In this document: positions 12,421 to 24,790 of the stretch, piece by piece
Numbering within the stretch: position 1 is the first letter of the stretch
Layout of the letters: each line of letters begins with the position of its first letter
DNA from: Octopus sinensis
Lineage: Eukaryota
Assembly (NCBI RefSeq): GCF_006345805.1
Contig: NC_042998.1
Span: 28,520,001-28,584,000 of the forward strand
Direction: 5' to 3'
DNA length: 64,000 nucleotides
Notes under the pieces: generated by a model
Told to the model about the DNA's origin: nothing
Database searches by the model: none
What the model saw: the letters and a program-made list of their open reading frames with translations, nothing else
Made by a program: the position numbers and the translations under genes

Positions 12421-12785
12421 TTAAGTCGATTAAGTTGACCCCAGTACGCAACTGGTATATCTATTATCGACCACGAAACGATGAAAGGCAAGGTCGACCT
12501 TTGCGGCATTTGAACTCAGAACATAAAGACGGACAAAAGAAGCGGAAATATTCATAATAAATAAGTCTTGACGACATATGAATCTAGCAGTTATTTCCTT
12601 TTACGCACTGGGGTCGATGTAATCGACTTAATCCCTTTGTCTGTCCTTGTTTGTCACCTCTATGTTTAGCCCCTTGTGGGCAATAAAGAAATATATTTCC
12701 TTTTATATGACAGCCAGAAAGGGGATGGGGTCAGCGTCCATGACCCATATCAAGGTCTCCAACTGTAATGACAGGAAGTGAAAAG
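12421..12785. repeat. local duplication copy 1 (copy 2 at 15917-16178), includes a minus-strand SINE A fragment
   Basis: Shared SINE-plus-unique flank gaagcggaaatattcata...caggaagtgaaaag. Confidence 0.85.
12604..12693 (+). mobile_element. 5'-truncated SINE A with 12-bp TSD
   Basis: tatttcctttta at 12592-12603 and 12694-12705; absent from the duplicate at ~16088. Confidence 0.85.
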
Positions 12786-14024
12786 CCCCATCGTTGTAAT
12801 CTATATTCTTTTTAACACTAGGCACAAGTCGACCCCAGTACGTAAATGGTACTTGGGATTGTTGGTCTGCTCGTCTACCCAGCGCGGTGGCATCATTCGA
12901 ATGCTAAAACGATGCAAAAACGTATTGTGATCAGTGATGCATAACAACATCCGATAGTCTAGTCGATCACGTGATTACGTAATACAAATAGTATGCATGA
13001 TGAAGGGAAGGATTGTTTGGTAGAAACGTTTGAGCGTCGAATAAAATACCCTAAAGTATTTTTGCAATTTCCCTCCATTCTGAGTGCAAATGCCATCAAT
13101 TTTTTTTTTCTTTTTTTGCTTTTCATTCTTCCTGTGTCGATAAAATATTACCACTCCAAGACGTTCAATATGGTGCAGCTCTTGGACGAGATTATTTGCC
13201 GATTTTATTTCGGCGTGTTCTAAGATCACTTGTGGCGAATCTGCTGACGAAATAAATAAATTCTTGTCTTTTCGCTTGAATGGTGAGATGGAGGGAGACC
13301 TGCAGCATGAACAGCTAAAGATTTTACATAAAGGAATCCGTTTCCCGGCTACAATCCTACAGATATAATTTCCACATGTATTTATACGTTCGGCCCTGAA
13401 TAACAAAGAACCTAACGACTATGCTTTACGAGAGCCATTCCAGTTCAGAAATGTTGTGCAGCTCTTATCTTCTTTAAATAAATGGCCGTACTTCATTTCG
13501 TTTTCTTTTTCCAGTCTTTACTATCAAACTATTTATCAAACAAAAACAAGATTACATCATCCGTTTGTTGGAACAAGGACATAAAAACGTCAAACGATGC
13601 TTTTCGATGGTTGATTCCTGAGATATCCGTGTGGGCTTCAATGGCCTTTAAGTAGAATTATCTTTTATAAGTATGAATATGAGTATATCAGAATGTACCA
13701 TTCTATATTTTTTTTCCTTTCTAAAATAAATGTCTTTCTAGAGTCAACAATTCACTTGACAGATAAATGATTGTTACATATTATCGATAACACTGCTTTT
13801 GGCAAGTGTAACTGGTTCTGCTAGGCTTCTACATCATTGTTTGAGACTTGTCAAATATAACAGATGGAAGGACATCAGAATGTTTAAATTTACTCTCTTC
13901 GTTTTGTTTTTATTCTAATATATTTTCTGTTTGTCGTAGTTTCTATAGATAAATCACAAATGGAGGGGTTGTTATATAGTAAATAAATTGACATATATCA
14001 TTCCACTGTTTATATATGTATACA

Positions 14025-14066
<42 letters not shown>

Positions 14067-14109
14067 TATATGTATATTTATGCATATAAATGCGTGCGTG
14101 TGTACATAT

Positions 14110-14147
14110 ATCTATCTATCTATCTATCTATGTATATATATAGAGAG

Positions 14148-14244
<97 letters not shown>

Positions 14245-14245
14245 T
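14110..14245. repeat. (ATCT)n/(GATA)n microsatellite
   Basis: Direct reading. Confidence 0.95.
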
Positions 14246-15064
14246 GTATATATGTCTGTATGTATACAAACATGTACGTATATTCATCCGATGCAGTGGG
14301 GAAATATTCTTTAATAATATTTTACATTGCTAGCGTATCTACATTCCCATCTTATTCAATTCTTTGTCAAATTATATGATAGTTCACTTGAAGTGCGATG
14401 GATGTTATATTAGTTGGGTAAAAAATATTACAATAAAATGTGTTGTAAAATGATAGAGTAAGGTATGGATGCAACCTTTTGTATAATTTCTTTATTTCTT
14501 TAATACTTGTCTAATACACTTAAGTAGAAAAAATTCTCAATGTAACTAATCTAATTCTTGAAATTTCATAGAATTTCAGGGTGTGACACGAGTCATACGA
14601 GACAAAACGTGGTCAAAATTGGATTGGAAGAAAGACCGAAATTCGGCTTTCAGCCATCATGTGTTTATTTTCCGTAAAGAACAAATTTTTTCATAATTAA
14701 GTTTTCTTGAAAGCTCTAAATGGGAGGAATCTAATATCGAAAATAGCGTCAACATTGGTACAGCAAGAATATATTCTTTTCTACTCTAGAAAAAAACAAT
14801 ATTATGAAATAAAAATATATCAGTTTTTACAATGATTACTAATAAATTTTGTGACAATGAAAACTCAGTGAATAATCTGAAGACAAAAGTGAGGAGGAGA
14901 GGAATTGCTTTGCATGGGCTTCGAATATTGATCAATTTATGCCCGATTCTAGTTTTGGTTTGGTTCTACGCAGACATGTGTATGGTGTAGGAATTTCGGA
15001 GAATAGCACTTCACATGCTAAAATTATCTAGTTTTCAGATATTTTAGTAACGTAGCCCAGGTTT

Positions 15065-15846
15065 GGGGGAAGAGGTTAAGTCGATTACATCGACCCCAGT
15101 ACGCGACTGCTACTTATTCTGTCCAACACGAAAGGATGAAAGGTAGAGTTGACCTCGGCGGAATTTGAACTCAGAACGTGAAGACTGGCGAAATACTGCT
15201 AAGCATTTCGACCAGCGTACTTACGATTCTGTCTGATCAGCGCCTTATGGAATGATAATAATCTCAATTAACTGAACCTACAAGAAATGAAGAGAAAATA
15301 TTGGTTTCGTGACCAGCAGTTTTGAGGGAGGGGGAAGTCGATTACATCGACCCCAGTATTCAAGTGGTATTTATTTTATCGACCTTGGCGGAACTTGAAC
15401 CCAGAACGTTAAGACGGACCAAAATGCCGCTAAGCATTTTATCCGGTGCGCTAATGATTCTTTTCTACTATAAGCACAAGGTCTGAAATTTTGGGTGAGT
15501 GGGTCAGTCGATCAAATCGACCCCAGTACACAACTTGTACCTAATATATCGACCCCGAAAGGATGAAAGGCAAAGTCGACCTCGGCGGCGTTTGAACTCA
15601 GAACATAAAGACGGACGAAATATCTATTTCTTTACTACCCATAAGGGGCTAAACACAGAGGGGCCAAACAAGGACAGACAAAGGGATTAAGTCGATTACA
15701 TCGATCCCAGTGCGTAACTGGTACTTAATTTATCGACCCTGAAAGAATGAAAGGCAAAGTCGACCTCGGCGAAATTTGAACTCGGAACTTAAAGACAGAC
15801 GAAATACGGCTACGCATTTCGCCCGGCGTGCTAACGGTTCTGCCAT
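15065..15846 (-). mobile_element. cluster of SINE A copies including a head-truncated dimer (~15470-15846)
   Basis: Repeated gaaaggatgaaaggcaaagtcgacctcggcgg..tttgaactcagaac. Confidence 0.85.
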
Positions 15847-15916
15847 GTCGTAACATTAAGAAGTGAAAATATTGATTTTGAATTTTGGCAAAAGGTCAGC
15901 AATTCTAGGGAAGGCG

Positions 15917-16178
15917 TTAAGTCGATTACGTTGACCCCAGTACGCAACTGGTACGTCTATTATCAACCACGAAACGATGAAAGGCAAGGTCGACCTTTGT
16001 GGCATTTGAACTCAGAACATAAAGACGGACGAAAGAAGCGGAAATATTCATAAGAAATAAATCTTGAGGACATATGAATCTAGCAGTTATTTCCTTTTAT
16101 AGGATAGCCAGAAAGGGGATGGGGTCAGAGTCCATGACCCATATCAAGGTCTCCAACTGCGATGACAGGAAGTGAAAA
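15917..16178. repeat. local duplication copy 2 (empty site)
   Basis: Matches 12421-12785 minus the 12604-12705 insert. Confidence 0.85.
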
Positions 16179-16308
16179 GGTATTTTTAATAGGATACGGA
16201 GTCCGCCAACGGCGCCCAAAATACTTCAAAGGCCAAGTAATAGTGATAAACCAGGTGATAGATTAAACATACAAGCTGGAACGCTATGACACACATCCAG
16301 ACAGCCAT

Positions 16309-16590
16309 TGTGAACGATACCCATCTTTTACGCTGCCAGTATGAATGATATCCTACACATTCAGACTGAAAGATATCCATCTTCGGCACTTTTTGAATGA
16401 TATCTATCTTCCTAACTTGCAATATGTACGTTCTCCATCTTTCACACAGTATGTATGAATGACATCCGACTTCAATGCAGCCTGTATGAATGATATCCAT
16501 CTTCCATGCAGCCAGTGCGAATGACATTTATTTTCTACACCACCAGTATGAACAATTTATATCTATTTTTCTTACAACCTGTATGAATGT
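16309..16590. repeat. degenerate ~30-bp minisatellite
   Basis: About 10 recurrences of a TGAATGATATCCATCTT-like core. Confidence 0.6.
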
Positions 16591-16764
16591 TATCGGTGCA
16601 TGCGTGGCTGTGTGGTAAGAAGTTTTCATCCCAACTTCATGATTCTGGGTTCAGTGCCATTGCGTGGCGCCTTGACTAGGTGTCTACTACTATAGCCGTG
16701 GGCCAAACAAACCCTTGTGAGTGAATTTGGTACATGGAAACTGAAAGAAACCATATATATATAT

Positions 16765-17168
16765 GGAGTGGCTGTGTGGTAAGTAGCTTGTTTACCAACC
16801 ACATGGTTCCGGGTTCAGTCCCACTGCGTGACACCTCGGGCAAGTATCTTCTACTATAGCCTCGGGCCGACCAATGCATTGTGAGTGGATTTGGTAGACG
16901 GAAACTGAAAGAAGCCCGTCGTATATATGTATATATATATATATATATGCGTGTGTGTTTGTGTGTCTGTGTTTGTCCCCCTAGAATTGCTTGACAACCG
17001 ATGCTGGTGTGTTTATGTCCCCGTTACTTAGCGGTTCGGCAAAAGAGACCGATAGAATAAGTACTGGGCTTACAAAAAAGAATAAGTCCCGGGGTCGAGT
17101 TGCTCGATTAAAGGCGGTGCTCCAGCATAGCCGCAGTCAAATGACTGAAACAAGTAAAAAAAAGAGTA
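16765..17168 (+). mobile_element. SINE family B, full length (an extra 5' half precedes it at ~16600-16757)
   Basis: tRNA-like head GGAGTGGCTGTGTGGTAAG..GGGTTCAGTCCC, internal (TA)(TG) tract, tail gaaacaagtaaaagag. Confidence 0.85.
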
Positions 17169-17214
17169 TATATATATATATATATATATAGCAATAATAA
17201 ATCTCTCAGCGAGA

Positions 17215-17592
17215 GTCCATCAGACTGCGGCCATGCTGGGGCACCGCCTTGAGGAATATTTGTCGAATCAATTGACCCCAGGACTTTTTCTTTTTTCTTA
17301 AAGCCTGGTACATGTTCTATCGATCTCTATAGCCGAACCGCTGCGTTATGGGGATATAAACACACCATCACTTGTTGTCAAGCTGTGGTGGCGGACTGAC
17401 ACACAGATATGCACGTATACATATGCATACACGACGGGTTCCTTTTAATTTCCGTCTACCAAATCCACTCACAAGGTTTTGGTAGGCTCGAGGCTACAGT
17501 AGAAGACACTTGCCCAAGGTGCCACGCTGGAATTGAACCCGGAACCATGCTGTTGGGAAGTAAGCTTCTTACCACATAGCCACTCCTGCGCC
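17215..17592 (-). mobile_element. SINE family B
   Basis: Reverse complement of the family B pattern. Confidence 0.8.
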
Positions 17593-17891
17593 TATGTATT
17601 TATGTATGTATGTATGTATATATGTATGTATGTGTGTCTGTGGGTGTGTCTTTCTGTCTGGGTCTGTCACCCCCACCCCTTGACGACCGGTGCTTGTGTG
17701 TTTACATCCCTGTAACTTTGCGACTCGAGAAAACAAGTCGATAGAATAAGTACCAGGCTTAAAATATAAGTACTGGGGGTAGATTCATTTGACTAAAATC
17801 TCTTTAAGGTAGTACCCCAGCATGGCCACAGTCTAAAAACTGAACCAAGTAAATGATAAACGATAAATGATATCTATATTTCATACCGTAA

Positions 17892-18054
17892 GGCGCAGGA
17901 GTGGCTGTATGGTAAGTAGCTTGCTTACCAGCCACATGGTTCTGGGTTCATTCCAACTGCGTGGCAACTTGCGCAAGCGTCTTCTGCTATAGCCTCGGGC
18001 CGACCAATGCCTTGTCAGTGGATTTGGTAGACGGAAACTGAAAGAAGCCCGTCG
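17892..18054 (+). mobile_element. SINE family B 5' half (a 3' half lies at ~17655-17855)
   Basis: ggcgcaggagtggctg...aaagaagcccgtcg. Confidence 0.8.
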
Positions 18055-18083
18055 TGTATATATATAAATATATATATATATAT

Positions 18084-18470
18084 AATATTAATTAGAGACA
18101 AAACCACTATTATGCAAATCAAACAAAGAAAGACTTAATCCAATACATAAAATTTTTTATATAAATTAAATAAAATTAAGTTATCCACTACAATTGTTTC
18201 TTGTCACTTCTAAGGACATTCATCAGGTGGTTTCAAGACCTAAAAATAATCAATATTTTTAAGATATAAATTTGAAATGACTAAAATATATAAATAATAT
18301 AAATTTATCAATGAAGAAATATATATATAATCTATATATAATCAAGAACTAAAATAACCTCTATAAACAATTGAATATAATGAAACCTAGTATTTAAATT
18401 CTCATATTTAAAGATGAAAAATCTAATTTCAAAAAACAAAAAGCAAAAAATAAAAAATATATATACACAC
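18084..18470 (-). mobile_element. (TA)n-embedded AT-rich element with hammerhead-like motif
   Basis: TA tracts on either side; motif at 18185-18230. Confidence 0.5.
18185..18230 (-). ncRNA. minimal type-I hammerhead-like motif
   Basis: CCAC-CUGAUGA-A-UGUC-(9 nt)-GACA-A-GAA-ACAAUUGU-A-GUGG: intact core, palindromic stem III, GUA triplet. Confidence 0.7.
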
Positions 18471-19005
18471 ATGCTCATACACATATATCCAAGTATATAT
18501 ATAAACATATCTAAATACATACACAAACTCACACACACATATATATATCTCTATACATACACATAAACATATAGGCAACGATAAATTTATAAAGTAGCCG
18601 TATACTTCTACACATTACTTATTCATACTCCCACACACACACATACAACCCTCATTCATAAACACACTCACTCAGCATGACAACAACACAGAGGAAACAC
18701 AACATCCAGCAGCCGCAGACACTCAACCACAACCCACAGAAACATTTCATTCTTAGCAAAAAACTACCAAATACCATATACCACATATATGCAACAACCA
18801 TACATAAATACTTAAACAAACACACACACACACATATTCCATATACCACATGCATGCAACAAACATACACAAATACGCAAACAAACACACACACACGCAC
18901 ACATTCACACATACACAAACACACAAAAAACAACATTTCTACACATAAACAATATATATATATGTGTATGTATGTATGTATGTATGTATGTATGTATGTA
19001 TGTAT

Positions 19006-19132
19006 GTATCGACCCCAGTGCATAACTGGTACTTATTTAGTCGACCCCGAAAGGATGAAAAGCAAAATCGACCACGGCGGAATTTGAACTCAGAACGTAG
19101 CGGCAGACGAAATACCGCTAAGCCTTCGGCTC
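19006..19132 (-). mobile_element. SINE A fragment
   Basis: Family A body. Confidence 0.8.
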
Positions 19133-20234
19133 TCCCGATTGCCATTTTATAAGTATTGAAATCTGTGAAATTGCCATCTAAAAGACAGACGAAAAGAAAC
19201 GAAAAGCTGAAAATATAATCCAAATAAATGTTTACAATTTCATTGCTGTGAATTAAAATGAGCTGAAATTTTTCGATAAGAAAATCCGGACGGTCTTGGC
19301 AGTGTCTTAAATCCGTGTTATCTATCTGTGGATTCTAGATGGTGAGACTAGCTTTCAGCTACTGAATCATGGACGACATTTTCTTCTTATGTAAGAAGTG
19401 ATGAATTATTTGTAAATAACCACAAGTGACGTGTAACATACTGAGCAGAGAATAATAGTCTGTTGATTAATATATTCAAAGAAAACGCAAACACCGTCAC
19501 CACTGCTACCACGACCACCTTCTTTTTGTAAGTTTGCTTTCAGCTTATGGAGAAAAGAACTGTGCGTCGTATATCGAGCGTCTGGTAATTCTACTTTTGT
19601 GATGTGTTGTCGCCGCTGTTATTGTTAGTTAGCTTCAAGTCAACTCTGGTGGATTAGGTCTACAATCAACAACAATGAGCATTCAAGCCATAGCTGTGTC
19701 GTCTGCTTTGTTTTCAGTAATAATGTTCACAGACTACATTATCCAATCTACCCATTACTTACAGACGGTAGAGTAAAGTTTGCAGGAGAGTTATCTGCTA
19801 TTACAAACAGATTTCGCAGAAAATTCTAAAAACAGTCTTCGTTAATTAATTACTTGGAGTGGACGGGATGCGCTTCAGATCTCACGTATTTTCTGAAAGC
19901 ATTTTTCTTTAATATGTTAATTAATGACCACTCATGATTCAGTTATAACGAATGCATTCTCTGGCAGTAATAATGATTTTTCACGCGCGCAGAAAACCGT
20001 AAATAGGGAAATATGGCCGACTAAATTTATCCTGTGTGTCGAAGGTCCTCATGTTATACTCGTGGTTATATAGAATGGAGTTGACCCCAGTTGTATTTGA
20101 AATTAGAATGTAAAAAGACGTAACTAAATATCATAAAAATTTCAAGATTCCTGCAAAACAATTTCTGATTTAGGCACAAAACCAGATATTTTATACGACG
20201 TTCCATAAACCCGATATCCCCATAATATTGGTAT

Positions 20235-20660
20235 CAAATTTTGGCACGAGGCCAGGAATTTTTGGAAAGGCAATATGTCAATTACATTGACCCCCCTCAG
20301 CTTGACTGGTATTTATTTTATCGACCCCGAAAGCATGAAAGCTGACCTTGGAGGAATTTGAATTCAGAACATTCAGTCGGAAGAAATGCCGCTATGCATT
20401 GCGCCCAGTGTGCTAACAATAATGCCAGCTCACTACCTTCAAATACTGGCTTCAAATTTTGGCACAAGGCCAGCAATTTATGGAGAGGCGGTAAGTCGAT
20501 TACATCGACCCCAGTGTATAACTGGTACTTATTTTGTCGACCCCGAAAGGATATTAGGTAAAGACAACCTCGTGGAAATTTTAATTCCGAACGTTGTTAA
20601 GCGGAAGAAATGTCACTAAACATTTTATCCGGCACTACGGATTCTTCAGGACGCCGCCTA
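20235..20660 (-). mobile_element. two diverged SINE A copies
   Basis: Family A body twice. Confidence 0.7.
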
Positions 20661-20667
20661 ATTAATC

Positions 20668-20704
<37 letters not shown>

Positions 20705-20776
20705 TAATAATAATAATAATAATAACGATAATAATAATAAGAAGAACAATAATAAGAAGAACAACAATAATAATAT

Positions 20777-20829
<53 letters not shown>

Positions 20830-20889
20830 TTACTACTACTACTACTGCTGCTGCTGTTGCTGCTGCTACTACTGCTACTACTACTACTA

Positions 20890-20930
<41 letters not shown>

Positions 20931-20958
20931 ATAATAATAATAATAATAATAATAATGA
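20668..20958. repeat. compound (AAT)/(AAG)/(ACT)/(GCT) trinucleotide array
   Basis: Direct reading; source of the poly-N/T/L ORFs. Confidence 0.95.
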
Positions 20959-20959
20959 T

Positions 20960-21633
20960 AAATCAGCGACAAATGCAGAACGTGTGGGGAGAGGGGTGAA
21001 ACGGTATGGCACATCGTTAGCGAATGCCGGAAATTGGCACGACGCAAATACAAACGACGCCACGACAGTGTGGAAAGAGTGATCCATTGGGGACTCTGTA
21101 CAAATCATGGCCTACAAAGAGCTAAGAAGTGGTATAACCAAACCCCAGAAGAAGTCACCGAAAAAGGGAACTGCGAAATCCTGAGGGATGCAATGATTCA
21201 GTGCTTTCGCCTGACCACAGATCGGAAAACGGACATTGTTGTCGTGAATGAAAAAGAAAGAACACATAATAATCGACATAGCATGCTCCGGTGACAACAG
21301 GATCGAATTAGAAAGAAGAAGAAAAAATAAACAACTATGATGATTTGAAGGGGGAAATATGAAGGTTGTGGTCAATGAAGAGAGTAGACGTGATACCAAT
21401 GGGTATTGGTGCAGTTGGAAGTATCAGCAGTCAACTACCAACATGGCTGAAAAAGATCGGTGCAAGTGTGAAGGCAGAATACCTTCAAATATCAGCATTG
21501 CTTGGAACGGCAAGAATTCTTCGCAGGGTTCTTGAAACATGACTTGTAAACAAGTGTCACCTTAGTCTGCTGGCTGTGGACACCTGACATTTTCCATCAT
21601 ACTCTGCAAAATAAGCTGCGAGTTTTTCATCAC

Positions 21634-21635
<2 letters not shown>
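20960..21635 (+). mobile_element. 5'-truncated RLE non-LTR retrotransposon (R4/Dong-like), CCHC plus endonuclease region
   Basis: CRTC..HIVSEC, RRHDSV, KTDIVVV, VIPMGIGAVG, LLGTARILRRVLET*; (AAT)n on both sides. Confidence 0.85.
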
Positions 21636-21709
<74 letters not shown>

Positions 21710-21711
<2 letters not shown>

Positions 21712-21852
21712 TCAACAACTCAAGGGCTTACTTGATCAACAACTCAAGGGCTTACTTGATCAACAACTCAAGGGCTTACTTGATCAACAACTCAAGGGCT
21801 TACTTGATCAACAACTCAAGGGCTTACTGATCAACAACTCAAGGGCTTACTA
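21710..21852 (+). repeat. six tandem copies of a 24-nt unit gatcaacaactcaagggcttactt
   Basis: Starts at 21710, 21734, 21758, 21782, 21806, 21829; encodes DQQLKGLL, the first codons of the truncated LINE. Confidence 0.95.
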
Positions 21853-23578
21853 GCGATAGTCAAACAATTCAGTGACGACATCAGAATGCAATTCGGCCTC
21901 GATAAATGTGCAAAGGCTACCTTTATCAAAGGAAAAATGACAGAAACATCTAACGTTAACCTTGACCAACAGAATGTCATAAAAGAACTAGACCCAGCGG
22001 AGAGCTACAAGTACCTAGGGGTAATTGAAGGGAACGGAATAAGGCATTCAGAGATGAAGGAAAGGATCAGGAGAGAATGCTATCGAAGAGTGAGAGCAAT
22101 ACTCAAGACAGAGCTGAATGCAAGAAACAGATCGAAGCAATCAATGCATTAGCTATACCAGTCGTGACTTACAGTTTCAATATTGTTAACTGGTCAATTA
22201 CTGAAATATGTCAGCTCGACAGAAAAATAAGGAAACTGTTGACAATGCATAGAATGCACCACCCTAAGGCAGATACAGAACGACTCTATCTGCCAAGAAA
22301 AGAGGGAGGCCGTGGTCTTTTGCAACTGGCAATAACAATGAAGATTGCTACAATTGGCCTAGACACCTACCTGAAAAACTCTGAGGACTGGATGTTAAAA
22401 CTTGTCTCAAAACATGAAAACAAGAAAGCATCATACTCAGTCACAAAACAGGCAAAGGAATATCTAAGTGAATTCCGAATACAACCAATTTCGGAATTAG
22501 AGATAGACATACAAGAAACAAGCACAGAAAAAGCTAGGCGCATGAAAACCCGTGCCAAAACTGCGGCCTTAGATATTCTGAATAATAAATGGCAAGAAAA
22601 ACCTCTCTACGGCAAATACCCAAAGAGAGCGAATAATGCAGATATCAACAAAGCCCTGACCCATCAATGGCTAATGGCCTCTGGCTTAAAATCTGAAACA
22701 GAGGGGTTTATCATAGCAGCTCAAGATCAATGCCTACCAACAAGAAACTACCAGGCCAACATATTAAAGATCAGAAGCAGTCCAACGTGTCGTGTATGCA
22801 AGCAACAAAATGAAACCATTGACCATGTGGTCTCCAAGTGCAGTCTTCTAGCGCCTACAGAGTATCTCAACAGGCACGATAGAGCTGCACAATATATTCA
22901 CTGGGTAATCTGTAAAAACCTGGAGTTGCCCCATGAGAAAAACTGGTGGGAACACAAACCACCCCCACTGCTTGAAAATGACCACATCTCACTCCTCTGG
23001 AACTTCACCATTCAAACTGACAGAAGATAGATGCAAATAGGCCAGACATCATATTGAAAGACTTCAAACAAAGAACATGCCTCCTCATTGATATGACTGT
23101 CCCAATCGATATAAACGTATCTGTCAGGACCTACCAAAAACTGAGCAAATATAAAGATCTTGAAATAGAAATCAGCAAAATGTGGAAGCTGAAGACTAAA
23201 ACAATACCTGTTGTCATAGGTGCCCTGGGAATGATAGCAAAAGGGGCTGATAGCTACCTAACTCAGATACCAGGAAACCCAAAAATGGCAGAAGTTCAAA
23301 AGATAGTGCTCATGGGAACTGCTCATATCCTACGCAAAATACTCTCTATGTAACCTCAAGGTTTAAAACAACCATAATTTTCGGTTTAAAAAAAAAAAAA
23401 AAAAAAAAAACTTTTTTTTTTTAGACATTCATTAGTACAACATCCCCACCCCCCAAATATATGGCACACTAGGCATAACAACAACATGAACTTCCAACCC
23501 TGTTGTCTCTTGAGGTCTCTGGGTGAGACTTGGAGCCAACTTGTACAAATATAAAGCAAAAGTCAAACATAGAATAAT
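21710..23578 (+). mobile_element. 5'-truncated RLE non-LTR retrotransposon (R4/Dong-like), RT C-terminus to 3' UTR, two frameshifts
   Basis: FGLDKC, YKYLG, GGRGL, CRVC..HVVSKC, RHD, RPDI, LIDMTVP, KYKDL, VIGALG; ORFs 21886-22152, 22077-23030, 23054-23353; ends in (AAT)n. Confidence 0.92.
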
Positions 23579-23589
23579 AATAATAATAT

Positions 23590-23962
23590 ATGCCCTGATG
23601 CAATACTAGACAGTGGCTCTCGTGCCTTCAGATCTTAACTGATTGGAAATGTTATCATGTACATTGTTTTGTCTTCGTATAACAGATGAGCTACAGCAAA
23701 TATTCTGCTCAATACCACAGATTTGCTTGTCAGTTGTTTGACCTTTAACCAGATAAAGAGGCCCTTTGACGACTAACAATATGTACATCTCAGATCACGA
23801 GCAGAATTAGTGGGGGGGGGAGCATCATAGCCTTGTGTTGGTCTCTGACAACTATATCTGGCCTATTGGCCTTAATTTCTCTATCTGTGTGTATTGGCAT
23901 ATCCCATAGCATGGTTGCTTTCTCGTTTTCTGTGACCTTTCTCTGGCGTGTGCTTATACCAT
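23590..23962 (-). mobile_element. RLE-domain fragment (23833-23962) contiguous with a non-coding 3' segment ending in (TTA)n
   Basis: Minus strand WYKHTPEKVTENEKATMLWDMPIHTDREIKANRPDIVV; 23590-23830 matches 58085-58300. Confidence 0.75.
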
Positions 23963-23976
23963 CTTTATTATTATTA

Positions 23977-24054
<78 letters not shown>

Positions 24055-24383
24055 CATCATCATCATTGGAGAGGTAAGAAGATGGAGGAAATAAATACAG
24101 ATATTTATTAAATTTAAAAATCAAATCTTACTAAACTATTTTGGTAATAACTTACGAATTAAAGGATTGAATTTAGAAAATCCTGTTCGACTTTCTGACA
24201 ATTGTAGCTCGTTCAAGCATATATGTGTATACTATACATTTGTAACTGTTCTTCTTTGGATTAAATAGTAATATTGATTCTGAATATAAAATATGTAACT
24301 ATGTTTTATATGGTCCGAAAAACAAAATATACGAGTAGATGTTCTGACCGATTTACCATAGACATCAAGAATTTATAGACAGA

Positions 24384-24790
24384 GGCGCAGGAGTGGCTGT
24401 GTGGTAAGTAGCTTGCTTACCAAGCTCATGGTTCCGGGTTCAGTCCCACTGCGTGGCACCTTCAGCAAGTGTCTTCTACTATAGCCTCGGGCCGAGCAAA
24501 GCCTTGTGTGTGGATTTGGTAGACGGAAACTGAAAGAAGCCTGTGGTATATATGTATATACATATATATGTATGTGTGCGTATGTTTGTGTGTCTGTGTT
24601 TGTCCCCCCAACATCGCTTGACAGATACTGGTGTGTTTACGTCCCCGTAACTTAGCGGTTCGGCAAAAGAAACCGATAGAATAAGTACTAGGCTTAAAAA
24701 AATAAGTCCTGGGGTCGATTTGCTCGACTAAAAGCGGTGCTCCAACATGGCCGCAGTCAACTGACTGAAACAAGTAAAAGAGTAAAAGAG
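24384..24790 (+). mobile_element. SINE family B, full length
   Basis: Head, internal microsatellite and tail all present. Confidence 0.88.

Noticed and set aside
12975-13406. 143-aa minus-strand ORF in unique sequence
   Set aside because: No recognisable domain or convincing splice structure; needs BLAST or RNA-seq
16309-16590. CRISPR-like repeat-spacer look
   Set aside because: Repeats are degenerate, linkers too short, eukaryotic context, no cas genes
19280-19350. Possible micro-exon ENPDGLGSVLNPCYLSVDSR ending at TG|GTGAGA
   Set aside because: Weak acceptor, no homology recognised, no partner exons
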